Source of the DNA: Prasinococcaceae sp. CCMP 1430
Taxonomy: Eukaryota; Plantae; Prasinodermophyta
DNA: 64,000 bases
Direction: 5' to 3'
Assembly: GCA_013416795.1 (NCBI GenBank)
Contig: RQSC01000011.1
Location: 302,320-366,319, forward strand
Part shown: positions 61,850 to 64,000 of the stretch, piece after piece
Numbering within the stretch: the first letter of the stretch is position 1
Layout: each line of letters starts with the position of its first letter
Translations under genes and position numbers: made by a program
The notes under the pieces: generated by a model
Database searches by the model: none
Told to the model about the DNA's origin: nothing
What the model saw: only the letters and a program-made list of their open reading frames with translations

Positions 61850-62380
61850 NNNNNNNNNNNNNNNNNNNNNNNNNNNNNNNNNNNNNNNNNNNNNNNNNNN
61901 NNNNNNNNNNNNNNNNNNNNNNNNNNNNNNNNNGCCGCGCGAGGGCGGTGTCGCGGCAGGCGGACGGCTGCGACCGTCGCGGCTGCGGCACGCGCGTGCG
62001 CGCTGTGGCCGCGCGCCCGAATTCGAACTGCGTGTGCCCGCCGATGTGAAGGGCCTCCCCCTTCCTTCCGCTCGGCGGTTGGTTGGTACTGTCCAGAAGG
62101 GTGGTTGGGCGTTTTGAGTGCTTGTGTTGGTGTGCTGTTTCAAATTGTTTGTTTGTGTTTCTGTCCGTTTGTTTGGCGCGAGCGACGTTCTTCGTTGGCG
62201 CTTGTTGTTGTTGGAACTGAGGGGGCTCGAGCGCTTTGGCAGAATGCATTCGTTTTGACCTGGGCTGGAGGGCGAGGGGCCGACTGCAATTCGCACGCAA
62301 AAATGCATGAGGACAGCGGACGGCGTCGAGCGCCGTTCGTGCCGCATCCACGAGGGCCGTGGTGCCGATGCTGGGGGCCG

Positions 62381-62725
62381 TCATACGCGCTGGGCAGGAG
62401 TAGAGGGAGTCGTATCGACGGTGTGCTCGCTCTCCCTCGGCCTCCTGCTGCGCAGCCCCAGGAAGAGGAGGGCGGCAACCATGGCAGCGGCGGCGACGCT
62501 GGCGGCGGCGATGCTGCCAGCGCTGTGAGGCGCGGAAGTCCTCGGAAGCGGGCTCTCGGGAGGAGGAGGCGGTGGGCTCGGAGGAGGATGAGGAGGATGA
62601 GGCGGGCTCGGAGGAGGCGGGCTCGGAGAAGGCGGGCTCGGGGGAGACGGTGGAGGCGGTACAGGGGGCGGGCTCGGAGGAGACAGGCTCCAAGGAGGTG
62701 ACGGAGGTGGAGGGCTAGGAGGTCG
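62381..62725 (-). pseudogene. C-terminal fragment of a type-I membrane protein: extensin-like SPn stalk, TM helix, short tail
   Basis: PPSPPPPSPP...AGSIAAASVAAAAMVAALLFLGLRSRR; no convincing upstream coding part. Confidence 0.55.
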
Positions 62726-63106
62726 ACGGGCGCAAAAGAGGTGCGTAAAAACGCAGCCCGTGGACGTACACCCGCCGGGGTCGCGTCCGCGCGCCACTGC
62801 GCGCGCCGCTCGTGCAGAACACCGCTGACAAAAACGCAGCACGTGCCCTGCAGGCACCGCGTGCCGACACGCCACTCAATGTCAGTGCAAACATATGTCA
62901 AAATCTATCAAATGGGACAAAAACGTCACACAGTCATAACTCCGCGCTCAGGCGTGCATTTCAACATCTGAACAGTGCTACGGACTCGTAAAGATCAGCC
63001 GCAGCCGCTGCGCACTCAACCAAGCCGCACAAACGCCTCCAAGGCGCTCGTAATGGAACCGCCGAGACGGCACGAAAAGCCTGAAAAACCCTACCCTGAA
63101 TTCAGG

Positions 63107-63261
63107 TAGGGTTTAGTGTTTAGGGTTTAGGGTCTAGGGTTTAGGGTTTAGCCAAATCCCAAATCCCAAATCCCAAATCCCAAATCCCAAATCCCAAATC
63201 CCAATAAGGGTTTAGGGTTTAGGGTTTAGGGTTTAGGGTTTAGGGTTTAGGGTTTAGGGTT
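63107..63261 (+). repeat. Internal plant-type telomeric (TTTAGGG)n array, with 63152-63204 reading (AAATCCC)n
   Basis: Read directly from the sequence. Confidence 0.95.
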
Positions 63262-63523
63262 ATCAAGGTACTCCGCACGTGTGTCCACCCCATCAGCGAC
63301 TACCTCCTGCGCGGCCTTCGGCGCGCGCGCGGATCGGGAAAGTTATAGGTGGGAGTTTTAGACTATGTGGCTCTCTAACAGCTACTAGTCCAGTAGGAAG
63401 AGGCGCGCGCGGGAGCCGATGGCATTGATGAGGCGATTCGAGTGTGGTGAGCTGTCAGCGCCAGTGCGCGCTCGATTGAGGCGTGGGTGTCGACCGCCTT
63501 TCGGCAGCGTCCTCCCCCCACGT

Positions 63524-64000
63524 TCACTTGGGCGTACACGCGTTCTTCTTGAATGTGCAGAGCTTCTTGGCGTCGCCCTGCTTGCACTCCTTCTTGTTCT
63601 TGGCGGCCTTGCACAGCTTCCTGACGGCCTTTTTGGAGAGCTCGGACTCGTCGGTCTTCTTCGACTTGTCCTTCTTGTTCTTCTTGTTCTTCTTCTTGCT
63701 CTTTTTCTTGTCCTTGCCGGCGGGCGACGACGCGTCTGGCAGAGTGATGTCGAGGGCTGGCGCTTTTGCGTCGTCGAACAGGCCATCCGCATCTTCGGCG
63801 GACTGGGCGGACGTCGAGGACTCGCTGCCCTCGAACGCGCCCGGCACGTCCGTCTGGCCGTGGTCGTCACGACCCCAGCAGTAGATCGCGCCGTCCTCCC
63901 GGGCGACGCCGCACGTGTGAGCCGCTCCGGCGCTCACGGACGCCCACGCGCCCGCGCCGCTCGGCACGTCCGCCTGGCCGTCGGCGTCGCGCCCCCAGCA
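63524..64000 (-). CDS. 3' end of RCC1-like propeller / Lys-Cys tail protein, copy 3 (extends beyond the window)
   Basis: Last repeat plus tail; shared 3' flank 63407-63523 matches 26898-27013 and 55878-56000. Confidence 0.88.
   Translation of the reverse strand, partial: CWGRDADGQADVPSGAGAWASVSAGAAHTCGVAREDGAIYCWGRDDHGQTDVPGAFEGSESSTSAQSAEDADGLFDDAKAPALDITLPDASSPAGKDKKKSKKKNKKNKKDKSKKTDESELSKKAVRKLCKAAKNKKECKQGDAKKLCTFKKNACTPK

Noticed and set aside
62780-62875. LRFCQRC as an SBP-box fragment
   Set aside because: The other SBP Cys/His ligands and the basic tail are absent.
63152-63204. Novel telomere variant ATTTGGG or a head-to-head fusion
   Set aside because: It is the in-phase unreversed complement of TTTAGGG, like five other segments.

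Overview
This is a very GC-rich, gene-dense eukaryotic nuclear scaffold. It has short GT-AG introns (often GTGCG donors and CTGAC branch points), plastid-type enzymes and plant-type TTTAGGG repeats, so it is most likely an early-diverging green alga (inference). Core genes include an HD-ZIP-like homeobox, LEO1, profilin, a tafazzin-like acyltransferase, a DHHC palmitoyltransferase, plastid FabI, a SET protein, CBP20, an ABCB half transporter, an EMSY-like ENT/Tudor protein, condensin II CAP-D3, LeuB, trehalose-phosphate phosphatase, MO25, a nuclear SecG-like gene and KRR1. Three cilium/centriole genes are present (C2CD3, WDPCP/Fritz, CEP104 zinc fingers). Accessory regions hold a multicopy family of secreted double seven-bladed beta-propeller proteins: RCC1/CRINKLY4-like copies with a variable first propeller, a conserved second propeller and a shared Lys/Cys tail, plus an FG-GAP protein of parallel design, near an internal telomeric array. 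The most striking signal is six 43-71 nt segments that are the base-by-base complement, not reversed, of the expected sequence. Complementing them restores ORFs, repeats and the telomere array. An assembler artefact is the most likely cause, but raw reads are needed. The assembly is a draft with N gaps, single-N joins and several apparent frameshifts. All homology calls come from motif recognition, not database searches.
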